Shown here one piece after another: positions 11,564-23,500 of a stretch of DNA of 29,754 nt. The notes under the pieces were generated by a model, which saw only the letters and a program-made list of their open reading frames with translations, made no database searches and had not been told where the DNA came from. The translations under genes were made by a program, and so were the position numbers. Each line of letters starts with the position of its first letter. Position 1 is the stretch's first letter. Source of the DNA: Macrostomum lignano (Eukaryota); contig NIVC01004973.1 in assembly GCA_002269645.1 (NCBI GenBank), positions 1 to 29,754 of the forward strand, written 5' to 3'.

Positions 11564-11713
11564 GCAACCTTGGGAATCACCCGGCTGTTTCTATTGGCAA
11601 CACATGCATGTAAGTCGCTATTGGCTGAGAGTAGTCACGTGACTATTATTCCGTTTAATAGCAACTTACATGTGTGTTGCCAATAGAAATGGCCAAGTGA
11701 ATCCCAAGGTTGC
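11564..11713. mobile_element. 150-bp foldback (whole-length palindrome) element
   Basis: The left arm is the reverse complement of the right arm around a central GTCACGTGAC, with mostly transition mismatches. Flanks ATACAAGC / ACCCAAGC may be a decayed 8-bp TSD. Confidence 0.8.
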
Positions 11714-13954
11714 ACCCAAGCATGACATTATTTTTACATGTTTTTTTTTATCAAATATATACATAATTCCCCATTATTTATTACTTTTTTTCAAGTAATT
11801 TTTATTACAAAACTTGTTCTTTATATAATAATAATTAACTTAGGCTTTACTAAAACTAAACATACTCTTACCAAGAATTTTTGCTATAAGAGCATACTCT
11901 GTTTATAGTAGCATCTATCTTAGCAATATAATGTATAGAATTACATTTGCTTATATACTTAAACTATATCCTAGCCTATGAGTCTATGACTAAGGCTATG
12001 AAAAACACTGAAAAAGTAAGTCACTTTAACAACAAGACAATTTTAGACCATTTTGGTGAATGTTAGGCCTAGTATATAGGGATTGGGCTCTGTATTATTT
12101 GTGATATGCATGTGCTCCTTATTTATGGCTCATACTCTATGCATATATCTGCTTTATTGTGACTTTAATATGCACTATTATTATGAGTTTTTAGCTCTTG
12201 AGTTAGGGTGGCTACTATTAAACCTCACTTATAATGAATTGTACTAGATTGTTTTGTCAGTGCACTTGGCTCTTTTGTCTTGCCTTGCATACTTTGCTTT
12301 CAACTTGCTCTATTTAATAGTGATTCTCAAAATACATGGTCATAGACAATTATATACCCAATGGGAAAAGGGCAGCCTTCAATTTTTTAGTCCTTTTTGA
12401 TGCTAGTCTTAAAAATAATCTTTAGCATTGAAAGATAAACTACAATGTTTCTATAAGTTAAAAAGTCATTTAAACAAAAATTCTATCAGCATATCTATAT
12501 TCAGTTTTGGAAGGCAATCATTTAAATGAAATTGATATACATAATTGATTTCCTATATGCTAAAAATTTGTTCTAAAATTATAAAAGAAAAAGTAACATT
12601 TTATCATTTTTTCACTCTCTTAGCAAACAATTTATTCTGCAAATATAAGTAGTGCAATTTTGGTGTGAAGAGTGTGATTCAATAAAATAGGTGCTTATTG
12701 AGTAGAGTAGGCCCTAAGTGTTCTACAAAGTAAAAAAGATAGATTGCTGAATAGAAAGGATTTCCTAGAAGTAGACATAAGCTGTTGCAACCAAAATAGG
12801 CCTAGTGTAATACAGATATAGTATTAAGTCAAGATAGACTCTAGGTAGTACTAATAAGCCAGAAACCCCTTGGTCAATTGGTCATTGGTAATGCCATGTT
12901 GGACTATAGAAGTTGGTGATTAAGACTAAGGCCTAGTAGTCAGCAGTATCTTATCGCCTAGGCACTGAAGCTACTAAGGTAAATCATACTGACAATCAAT
13001 AGCTTATACATAGCCTATGTTACAGCTATGTATGTAACAGGTAGTAGGCCTATATTAAGGCAAAAGAGGTAAGATATGGTAAAGTAGGAGACTTAGTAGG
13101 CCTAATAGCAACTTGGTACTGGTGGGATTACAATTACAGAAGATAGAAAAATTTCCCTGTAACAACTTGGTGGCATTTTAGTGGGATGTACATGTATCAG
13201 AGAGAAGAAATAGATCTAGAACAAATAGGTAGTATTAAGCCTAGTGGGATATAGACTAACTACTAAGATATTATATAATCCTACAACAAATGCCCTACTA
13301 TTCTACCAGTACTACCAGATTCTACCAAAAACATCCAAATAAAGTAGGTCTAAGAAACGCCTTTAATACCTCAGGCTCAACAAAATTTTATGGTTTAGGA
13401 CTAATTATAGGCCTAATTCACAGCACACCCTTGCCATAAAATTTTTAGGCCCTAATCAAAAAATGAATTGAAAATTTACAACATGGGCCTAGTTCTTATA
13501 TGAAACTTGCTAGGACCTATCATTAAGTAGGCATAGCCTAGACTTAAGTCAACCCCTATTACTAGTATCACTAGTATCACTAGACAGGGACCCCTATCAC
13601 TATTACTAGGCCTACCTGCCTAGCAAAGCGAGCTCCCATACATAGGCCCCTATATTGAAATTAAAAAAAAATAAAATAATTAATGAAGAAAAAAGTAGAT
13701 TCTGTAATTTTAAGTCACTATTCGCTAACTAGATCAGAGATTCCAATGTACACGGTACACAAAATTTGGTCAATTACAGGATGTCTCGGGTGCACGTAAT
13801 CTGACTCATCCGGAAATTAAAATAGATCGGTTAAAACACTTTAAAACAAGTTAAACACATGCAGGTACGCATGTGTTTTGTCGTTCTTTCTTTAAAGTTT
13901 GTTTGCACATCCTTTCAGAGCATATCAATTAATGCTTATTATATTATTCTCACT

Positions 13955-14008
13955 TGTTACCGACGTGGCTGTTACCGAAATGGCTGTTACCGAAGTGGAC
14001 TGTTACCG
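13955..14008. repeat. 15-bp tandem repeat TGTTACCGAARTGGC, 3.5 copies
   Basis: Directly visible. Confidence 0.85.
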
Positions 14009-14349
14009 TCTAGCCCTTGGCCTAGACTTTGACTTTAACGTCAGCTGACCAGTAGAAAATTATATAAATTCAATCAAATTTATGAAAATGCTGTTATCAA
14101 AAAGGTCTAGCAGAGAAAATATAAAAAAATATTTTGTTCAAGTCTATATGCTCATTGAATTTTTTATACATTTGCGACAGTTAGAAACATAAACACTTTG
14201 TTTTACCCAGTTTTTGTTTTTTGTGCAATGCATTCTATTTTTAAATTTTATTTAATTTAGATTTAGCTGAAAACACATGCACGTTCAGAGGACTTAGCTG
14301 TCTGCTTACTCTGCTATCTGAAAGAAATAAAATTTTCTAGAAGTAAATG

Positions 14350-14526
14350 TAGCCTTACAAACGCTACGCTGGTGACTAAAGCTTTTTTGCATATTACTCT
14401 TTTTGCCGTGACAATTTGTAGCTTGTGAACTAATATTTGACTGTATAATATAAGGCCCGAAACCGAAGGCCCAGGCCTTTTTCGCTATATCCTCTATTAA
14501 AGCACAGAGTTAATTATAATTTTACA
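14350..14526. promoter_or_regulatory. Candidate bidirectional promoter for SAFB (+) and SYAP1 (-)
   Basis: CpG-retaining patch with GGCCC motifs just upstream of the SAFB ATG. A minus-strand donor GTAAGG at 14358-14353 could end a non-coding SYAP1 first exon. Inference only. Confidence 0.3.
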
Positions 14527-17500
14527 ATGCCCTTTAAGTTTTTGAAGCAGCTTAAGGTGGTTGAACTTAAAGAGAAGTTGTATATACGCAAGCTTGATGT
14601 GTCTGGAAACAAGGCAGATCTTGTTGAACGCCTACGAAAGGTATTAAATCCTTGATTAGGCTAGGCCTTTTTCTTTCCTGTTTTCGTAGTTTTATATGTG
14701 TACATTAATTGCTCGCTTTATTGGCCTTTTAATGCTAGTCTACTGGCTTTTAGTTAAAAAATAGCAAAAAATTAAGAGTTAGGTAGGCCAGCATTATATA
14801 GCAAACTCATTGTCTTAATCTCTTAGTTTGTTCTGTTAGTTTAATCTCTGGATTATTTTTAAAAGAGCTTTTCTTGATTGATATTTAACTACTGTATTCA
14901 AAGTATAGAAGGATTTCCATGCACAACTGAAGGTAAATTTTAGTTTTAGTCTCTTATACAATAGTACAAGTCATAATTTTACTTTGGCTATGCAACAATC
15001 CACAATACACAAAACAGTTCATAATAAACTCATTTTGTTAGGCCTATCATAGTTATCCCTAACAATATTTCACTTTTATTCTAGCTATAAGTTTAAGTGT
15101 TGATTGAATTTAAAAATATCATTACATTATACAATACAAAGCCAAAGGCAGACTAAAACAAAAAGTGCACCAATGCAGTTTAATAGAATGGTGCATAATG
15201 CTTTCAATAAGACTATTGTATTTTGCAGTTTTTATACTTATACTATAGAAAAAACATGTCTAAGACCAGGATGGAATTCTTACACAAAAGTTGTTAGGCA
15301 TTTGTGCATGCTTGTCAAATTCATGCTCGCTGGTGCGCTGAAAAGGAGCCTACTTGCATGCTCTTAAAAAAGGTGTGTGTGTGCTCCATCGTATGCACTT
15401 GCAAAGAAGTTGTTTGCCATAGAATCATAGACAAGATTTGACTTTAAATGCATTTAACATGGTTATATGCCATGCCACACTCCGGATCATATAGTATACG
15501 GTGTAAGACCAAGATGGCCACACACCAAGATGGCCACAGCTGGGGTGGGGGTCACGGAGAATGACAACTGGTTTTCTATTGGATAGCTTCAGGTGGGGAG
15601 ATGTGGGGTTGCAATGGGGTGGGGGTTTAGACATGCAGTCAAAATTTTATTAGTATATTGCAGGGCTAAAGACAAAAATGGTTACGAGTCTTAATTTCCT
15701 ACTTATAGTAGGCCCCTAAGAGGTGTAAACATATTTCATATTAAACAAATCTCTTCTTCATATAAAATCTGGTGTCCCTATTGGAATAAATGTTAAAAAT
15801 CCGCGGACGCGCGCTTTAGAAAAGAGTCAAAATATTTTACCGCGCTTTAGGATTATTAGAGATAATCCGAAAGATCTGCAGTTTCGTCGAAATCAAAATT
15901 TGCTAACTTTCCAAAATCAAAATTGAAATTTCCCGAAATCATAATTCAGAAAAACAAAGTTTAGTATGATCAACACTCACTTTTTTACTTTCAATTTACT
16001 GCTTAAGCAAAAATTAATACATGTATATGTAGTAGAAAGTAGTTTATTTTTAGCGACTCTTTAGACACTACCAAAATTTTCACTTCTAAATTTTTTTCTA
16101 AATTGAAATTCGCTCTAAAAAATTTCAAATTTTGGAAAATTGAAATTGAATTCTCGGAACATCTCTAAGCTTAATAAATTACGAGTGTATAAGCCCCTTC
16201 AACAGGGGTATTATACCCATTTCCATGTATATGTATTTGCTAGAGCAGCAGCCAGTAAGAAAGGGCAGCGCGCGCGCAGGCGATGCGCCTGTGCGCGCGC
16301 TGCGCTTTAGAAAAATTTCAAAAGTGCGCCGGACACCGTCCGCGGTTTTACAACTTTTTCCTATAGGGTCTGGTGTAGCTTTTTTCCATTTCTCTTATTG
16401 GTCGAGACTAATTTACTTGTTTAAAGGGATAAAAACTGGGTAAATTTCATGCCCTGTTCAAAATTCATCTGTCTCATTCACTGACAGCAGTCTAAGCACT
16501 TAGATACAAAATGGCAGGCGCATATCCATGTGTGGTCTGTCTGCAGCCCTTTTGCGATGGACAAGAAGCAATTGAGTGTTCTCAATGCTTGAATTGGCAG
16601 CACCGTGCATGTGACAGTCGCGTCACAATCAATCAGTATTCTGCAATGAGAAATGTCGGTGAGTTTTTCTGGCTTTGCAATCAATGCAATAGACGGGCTC
16701 CTGCAGGTAACTTAGCAGTGTCTCAAGCTGCAGATGCTGCAGTGGTACATGTACAAGCCCCGAATTCTGGACCAGCGGCTGTTCCTCTGCCTGCTGAAAA
16801 TCCAGAACCAGTGCATTTGATTTCGGCACAAGCAGAAAATTTTCTTTACTATTTTACTATCTTTACTATCTTTAATAGCATGACACGGCCTTCACACATG
16901 GGGGCTCCAAGGCCTCCATGCTCCTTCCAGTGATTTTTTTAGAATAGTCTTTGGCTCTTAGCAAAGACAGCGCACTGCCCCCATCCACCAGAAGGTGCAT
17001 GGGTGGGCACATTCTCGATTGGATATTTTACAACAAAATCTCTCCTGCGTTGCCTTCTAGCTGGCCTCAGCTGGTACAAGTCGGGCACCTTTTCAAACAT
17101 AGGCTTCTTTCCTATGTTTGCTATCTATCTTTCCTATCTTTCCTTCTTTCCTAAGGGGAGAGAGTGGAGACCAGAGATAAATGAGAAGAGAGAGCAAAGA
17201 TGAAAGAGAAGAGAGGTGAGGGAAGATCGACGAGAGAAGATGGGAGAGAGGAGATAGGAAAGAAGAGAAGAAAGAGAGAAGAGAGAGAGAGAGAAAACAA
17301 AATAGAAGATAGAAGTTTTAAAGGATCCGAGGGACATAGAGAGAGACAAGAGGCCAGAGATTTTGCCAATACATGTTTTCAAAAGACAAGTTTTTGTTTG
17401 ACAACAACAACAACAACAACAGAGTACGCTGCCAGTTCACAAAAGCAGCGTCAGATGGCGCGCTTCAAAGCTTGGGCGCGAACAAAAGCCGCACCGCCGG

Positions 17501-20500
17501 CAGAGTCCGGGGCGCCGGCGTCAGCCAGCAGACAGTTGACGTAGCGCCGAGTCTTCGCCTGTCCCCGCCGGTAGGGTGCCTGCAACGTAAGTAGCAGCAC
17601 CTCCTGCACCGGCTCCGGACAGTAGGCCTTGGCGCGGATGACGTGGCCTGCCAGCTGGAGTCGCCGACGGCGCAGCAGATCGCTAGGACGGGCCAGGCCG
17701 GCGCGATGATAGAGCGCCGTGTTGGTGACTCGCTCGTTGCCGATCTTGAAGGTGGCGCGCAGCAGGCCAGCGTGCGCCGTGTCGACTTGAGCCTCGAGCG
17801 AGTCTGTCAGCGTCCAGGTCTCGGCGTTGTATAATAGGATGGTCTCGATCACCGCCTAGAACAGCGCCGCCCTCTGGCGGTCCGGTAGGGCCTCGGGCTG
17901 CAGGACTGACCTTATAGAACGAAAGGCAGCCCAAGCAAGTCCTCGGCGACGCCGCAGATCCTCGTGGACGTCGGGAACCAGACTGCCAAGGTAGACCAAC
18001 TGCTGACATCTTGGAAGCTCACTCGCCTGTCCATCAGCGCCTTGGCAGAAAATTGCAGCCTCGGTGTCGTCCGGCACGCATAGCACGACGGTCTTCTGCA
18101 TGTTGACCACCAGGTCGACGCTCGCCGCAACGGCAACCAGCCTATCCAGCTGTCGTTTGTTTGAGTATGACTTCAGATTTTAGAACTAGATATAAGCTGA
18201 GCTGAGAGAGAAGATGAAAGTAGAGGCTGAGAGTAGAGAGAGGCTGAGAGTGGAGAGGCTGAGAATAGAGAGGTTGAGAGTAGATAGAGGCTGAGAGTAG
18301 AGAGGTTGAGAGTAGAGAGGCTAGTTCACATTGTTCTCAATCCCATTCCACTATACATGTAGTTTTTATCTAATGTGACTAAGCCAGGTGCTTTTAGTGC
18401 AGGGGTTGGCAAACTTTTTACCTTGATTGAGAACCTAGCTCATGACTGCCTTTCTATAGTCTGCTTCGTTGGCCCCCAAAGCGAAGCGAGGAGTCCTGAT
18501 GACAGCAGGCCAGAGGTGAGGAGAGAGGGTAAGGAATAGAGAAGAGAAATACAAACATAGGATAAAGGAGAGGCAAAGGAATAAAGGAGAAGAGAGTTGA
18601 TGAGAGGAGAGATTAAATATGAGCAGAGAGAGATCAGAGGAGAAGGGAGATTAATGGAGAGGAGAAAGGCGGGAAGGGAGAAGAGAATGAAGAGGAAAAG
18701 GGAGATGAGAGCAGAGGTGAGGAGAGAAGAGAGGATAGAGATGAGGAGAGAGGAGAGGAGAGAGGTGAGGAGAGGAGAAGGCAAGATATGAGAGAAGAGA
18801 GGGCAGAAATGAGAGAGAGAAAAGATTAGAGACGAGAGAGCAGAGATAAGAGAGAAAAGATAAGAGACAAGAGTGTAGAGATGAGAGAAAAGATCAGAGA
18901 AAAGAGGGCACTCCAATTTTTGCTTACTTCTATCATAACTAATACCTTTAACCTCTACCTTTAACTTTTAACATATACAAACAACACGTCAGTTTTAGTA
19001 TATTAAAGATAGGTTTGAAACTATTATCCATGATCCAAAAACCAAATGTATTGTGCTAGTAGTGCTACTAGCTTTAGTAGGTAGTAATACCTGCTGTAAA
19101 GGGAAGTGTTTTTTGTTTTACTTAGTCTAATTTCACTAACAAAATCTGTCTTCTCCGAGACTTGAAGCTAGGTCATACCCCATCCCAATCACAGCCAATA
19201 GGAAATGAGGAAATATATAGACCTATTCCTATCCAAGCAGCCATTCAGAGCTGTGGCCATCTTGGTGTGTTGCCATCTTGGTCATGTGCCTAGTATACGC
19301 CCGAAAATTTGGGCATGCATTGGCCTTGCACACCAAAGTTAGGCATGCACAGTTGGCGTGCATCACTCCTGAGAAAATAGTATGCGTGCACACCTGGCGT
19401 GTACTTTATAGAATCACGGGTAAGAGTTATTGTAAAGTAGAAAAAAGATGAAAAGAGTTCATTTTTAAGCATAAATTTCAAGCTTTCCAGTTTTTTCCAG
19501 CTCGTAAAAGACTATTTACACAAATTTTTGCGTATATAAACTTTCCGCTATAAATAGTATCGCCAAAAAAGCTTTAGAAGCAACAAAATATCTATCTAAT
19601 ATTAAGGGTCTATTATGCAATTTAAAAAAAGGAAAAAAAAGGTTGTTTATTGTCACAACGTAAAAAAAGGTATTTTATTATTGCAACACCGGCATATTTT
19701 TAAGAATGGGCATGCACTAAATTTTTTTCGGCATGCATTTGTAATTATTCAATTTTTGTTCGGGCGTGCACCCAGCATGATCCAGAGTATGCATGCCATA
19801 TAGTGTATGTGCACTCAAGTTCTACTTTTCATAGTCTGGAAGGTTGTGTTTACGCTGGAAAATTTTAAACAAAAATAAAACAAAGAATAAAAGTTTTTAG
19901 CAAAAAAAGTTACTTTGAAGTTTAGTGAAACTCTTATAATTTTTAAAGAATATTTTCTCTAAAAATTATAGTGTTCAAGCTACTATACACTTAAAGTATA
20001 ACTTTCTAATTTATGTCGGCATAAGAATTGAAAAACTAGAAATTTCATTTTTTAGCATATAGACCCACCATGCTCTGTATCATGATTTTTTACAGCTAGC
20101 GTGTACACTGCTCGTTTTCCTACCCCAAGCAAGAATTCCATCCTGGGACTAAGATATATTGTAAATTTCATTATGCATTCTGATATAATTAAGTATTATA
20201 TAGTATACCATATAAAAAATTTAGAACAACTCTACAATCAATGTACAAGGGGTGTCCCAAAAGTCTATGCAAAGTCTTTTTGTGACTACACTGGCTATTT
20301 ACCAAAATCATACATGCCCAACTTTGAAATTTCACCTAGCTTTGCAACTTACTTTGTGACCAAATATGCAACTTACTGATTAAAGAAGCTCTACTAAAGC
20401 AAAAATTAATGTGACTTGTGTAACTATGCATTATTATCATGAGTATATTATTAAGTAACTATGACTATATTTTAGGCTAAATTCTTTGTCATCTAATAAG

Positions 20501-23500
20501 TAGTACAATGTCTACTTTTTTAATTTTGGGTTAGCATTTTTGTGACTTACATTTGCTAGACCTTTTGTGCCACCTAGCCAAATTGGCCAGGTCAGCTAAG
20601 TGTTAGGCATGTATGACCAAAATGGTCTTTTCTTATTACAAAAATGAATATTATTAAAAGAAACATCTCACTAAAATCACAATAATCCTATTGGAAAGGT
20701 TAAGTATTTGACAAGTCAATAGTAGTATGCTATCCAATCACTCTTATTTGGTTACCAAACACTTATTTGAAAAAAAGCAGTACCATAAAATTTTTTTTAT
20801 CAAGTAGCTAGCTTTCAAGTTTCAAACATGGCATCAGAGATGTTGTGTATCACCCTGCATTTGGCCTTGGCCCTCGATATGGGCCCAAGACACCTCAATA
20901 AAATATCATGTTGGTACCAACCATTGGGTTGTTGGGGTCCTCAAAATAGAGTCAATAATTTAGAGTGACAATATATTAGCCAAACATTTGACATTCATAT
21001 ATCAAATGTTTTGGTTTGCTGAATTACATTAACATGTTGCTTAGAATCATTAAGTCATTTTAAGCTACTATAATGCACCCCATAGATTAATTTAACAATT
21101 TTATTATAAAATGTGTTATTGATACTTGGTTAAAAGTGTCCCCTTAATTTAATGCCTTCAATTTGTTATTAACCTGCAAAATTTTAGAACATGGAAGAAA
21201 ATGGCGAAGATGCTAGTGAATACCAGTTTGAAATTGAGACACGCGGTAAGATTATTGATTAATGTTTTTCTCACACTTTACTTGTTATTAATTAAGGTGT
21301 AACTGTGCGAACGTTATGAAAACTTCACCTTTCTATTGTTTTATTTTAGATGGCGATAATGCCCGGCTAAATGATTCGAAAAAAGAAGATCCACCAACAA
21401 CTATAGAGTCTGACATCTACTCAACTGACGTTGTAGACTATGTTGATGTGAGTAGTGGGTTATATGATTTTTTATTGTTGTAGCAGCAGTTTACTTTTTT
21501 ATTGATAAATGAGTTATGGCGAGACTAATATAATATTCTCTTAAACTTTGCAGGACGTTCAGGAAGAGTCTGGTGGTAAGCAATCATGTTTACATTCTTA
21601 TTTGCATCGTCAGCTTTCATCTGCACTCCCTTATCCTTCAGTGAAAGCAGAGTTGTCCCTAATAATGAATCCCGCAGTTGAAAATTTGTCAGAAAAAGTT
21701 GCAACCGAAGAAGACGGAGACAACGATTCTATGGCCGATGCTCACCTAGCGAGTCAGCAGGATGAGGAGCCGCAATTGCAGGAGTCTGGCAACGCGTCTA
21801 GCATCGCTAAAGATGAAGATAAACAACAAGAAGATGAATCTGCAAGCGCCGCTGAAGTTCATTCAAACGCGATAGTGTCAAAGCCGGTTTCAACTACTGC
21901 CGCTGAGGAGGCTTCGCTAGAGGTGCACGTTGAACAAACGGACGATCTCGACGAAGATTTGGCTAAGCATCAACGCTTGTCGTTGTCTTCTGCGGCTAAA
22001 AAGAGTCAGCAAGCTCATAAGTGGGCTTCTAAATCTAATGGGTTTGTAGTTTCGTTTTGTCTATTTTTATTGATGACTTTGCTGCATCTTAACTATTGTT
22101 TTGAATAATTTATTAAAAATTCCACTTTGCCAGCTCCGCTTCCGGACAGTCTTCTGCCGCTTCTAAGTCTAATGCTGTACCCGCGTCTAAAGGTAAGTCG
22201 GCAAACTATTGTTTAATTGTGAAACGGCTTCCCTTACTATACGAGTTACTGATGACTGCAAGTTTCAATTTGTGGCAAGTTTGTTTAAATGTTGAAAAAT
22301 GGCGGGACGGGGGGTCTGCTGTTGCAATATGCAGCCTACAACTGATTCGACTGCAGCACGAATTGTCAAACAAAGACCGAGTCGACTGCAAGCCAGGATC
22401 TACTACAGAGATTCAATCTGTTCGACTGCTGTCAGAGCCTACTTACTCCGTGGACATCTAAATTGATCTTGGGTTTTATTTCTTTTGGTACATAACGATT
22501 TCAGTCGACAGAACCATGGATTAAACAACAATAAAGATCATTGGTCTTGCACTCCAGTTATTGTGGTATATGTCTGTGCTTCAAGTCAAGAATCCGCAGT
22601 TCGAAGCAACAGCATTAAAGAGGATTAGAAAACAAATAAACAACTGATCCTTGGGCACCATAAGTATTGTGGTAATAATGTTTTAGGCCCAAGTTTCCAC
22701 AGCTCAAATCGAGAATATTCAAGAAGAACAAAGAACTTAAAGCATTGATCGTGGGATCCAATTCTTGTGGTAATAATTTTTATTCAAGTTTCCACAGCTC
22801 TAATTGACATGATAACAACAAGGACAATCTGCAACTATTAAATCAACGCTTTGTTGCGCATGTCAAGTCTTCAAAGTAAATAAATTGACGAAACTTATTG
22901 CTCTGTCTTGTCTTTGAGTTCGAAACGTCGGTAAAAAAAGACAGGAAACGCTGGGGAAGAAAAACTATTCGCCCAAAATATTTAAATTTCGTTCTTGCAG
23001 ACAGCAAAAGCCTGTGGGTTAGCAACATCCACAGCAGTACAAAGGCCGTGGATCTCAAACAGCTATTTAGCAAGCACGGCAAAGTTCTCGCTGCTAAAAT
23101 TGTTGTCAACGCTAAAGGATCCAATCAGAAGCGCTACGGCCTCATACAGATGTCATCGGCTGACGAGGCTGACAAATGCCAGAAGAGTCTGCACAAGACT
23201 AGCTTGCATGGTCGGACAATCTACGTTGACCGGGCCAATTCGGAGCCATCTACTACTAAAAAAGCAGAGTCAGCATCATTGACTACTACTAAGTCGTCTT
23301 CATCAGCGGAAGCGACTACCGATGCGACTAAGTCTGCAACCACTGGCTCGTCGAAGTTAGAGACGACATCGACGACAAAGACTGCCGACAATAAGCCAAA
23401 GCCCGGCGTTATCAAGTTGCCAATTACGTCGTTCTCTTCTAACCAGGAGTCGGCGCGGACAGCGGCGGCTTCGGCTTCAATGTCGCGCGGCGGCAGCGGC

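Larger units (their letters stand above)
15500..19290. mobile_element. 3.8-kb DNA transposon with GG termini and 8-bp TSD (Merlin- or Mutator-like)
   Basis: Inverted ends GGTGTAAGACCAAGATGGCCACACACCAAGATGGCCACAGCT versus the reverse complement of 19248-19290. TSD TAGTATAC at 15492-15499 and 19291-19298. Superfamily is inferred from termini only. Confidence 0.8.
15469..19797. mobile_element. Outer MITE (about 540 bp on its own) split by the 15500-19290 insertion
   Basis: Removing the insertion gives a left end GCCATGCCACACTCCGGATCATATAGTATACGCCCGAA, which matches the reverse complement of the right end (GGCATGCATACTCTGGATCATGCTGGGTGCACGCCCGAA). ATAT flanks both sides. Confidence 0.65.

Noticed and set aside
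14909-14932. Possible 24-nt phase-0 micro-exon KDFHAQLK in SAFB intron 1
   Set aside because: It has AG/GT flanks, but joining 14640 directly to 21188 already gives the family-like ERLRK-NMEENGED sequence. No support without RNA data.
16985-17090. Mutator transposase DGTF motif (CMGGHI / GTFSI)
   Set aside because: Needs both a substitution and an indel to read MDGTF, and the downstream motifs are unconvincing.
17451-18136. Active reverse transcriptase gene
   Set aside because: 5'-truncated, lacks the catalytic YADD region, and has an in-frame stop.
17134-18916. Leu/Ser-rich and Arg/Glu-rich ORFs (17134-17382, 17200-17544, 18440-18916, 18597-18791)
   Set aside because: Translations of polypurine low-complexity DNA.
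22898-23000. N-terminal extension of the 588-aa ORF and readthrough ends of ORFs 21548-22108, 27456-28007 and 28489-28869
   Set aside because: These parts are intronic. Splice sites define the true exon limits.
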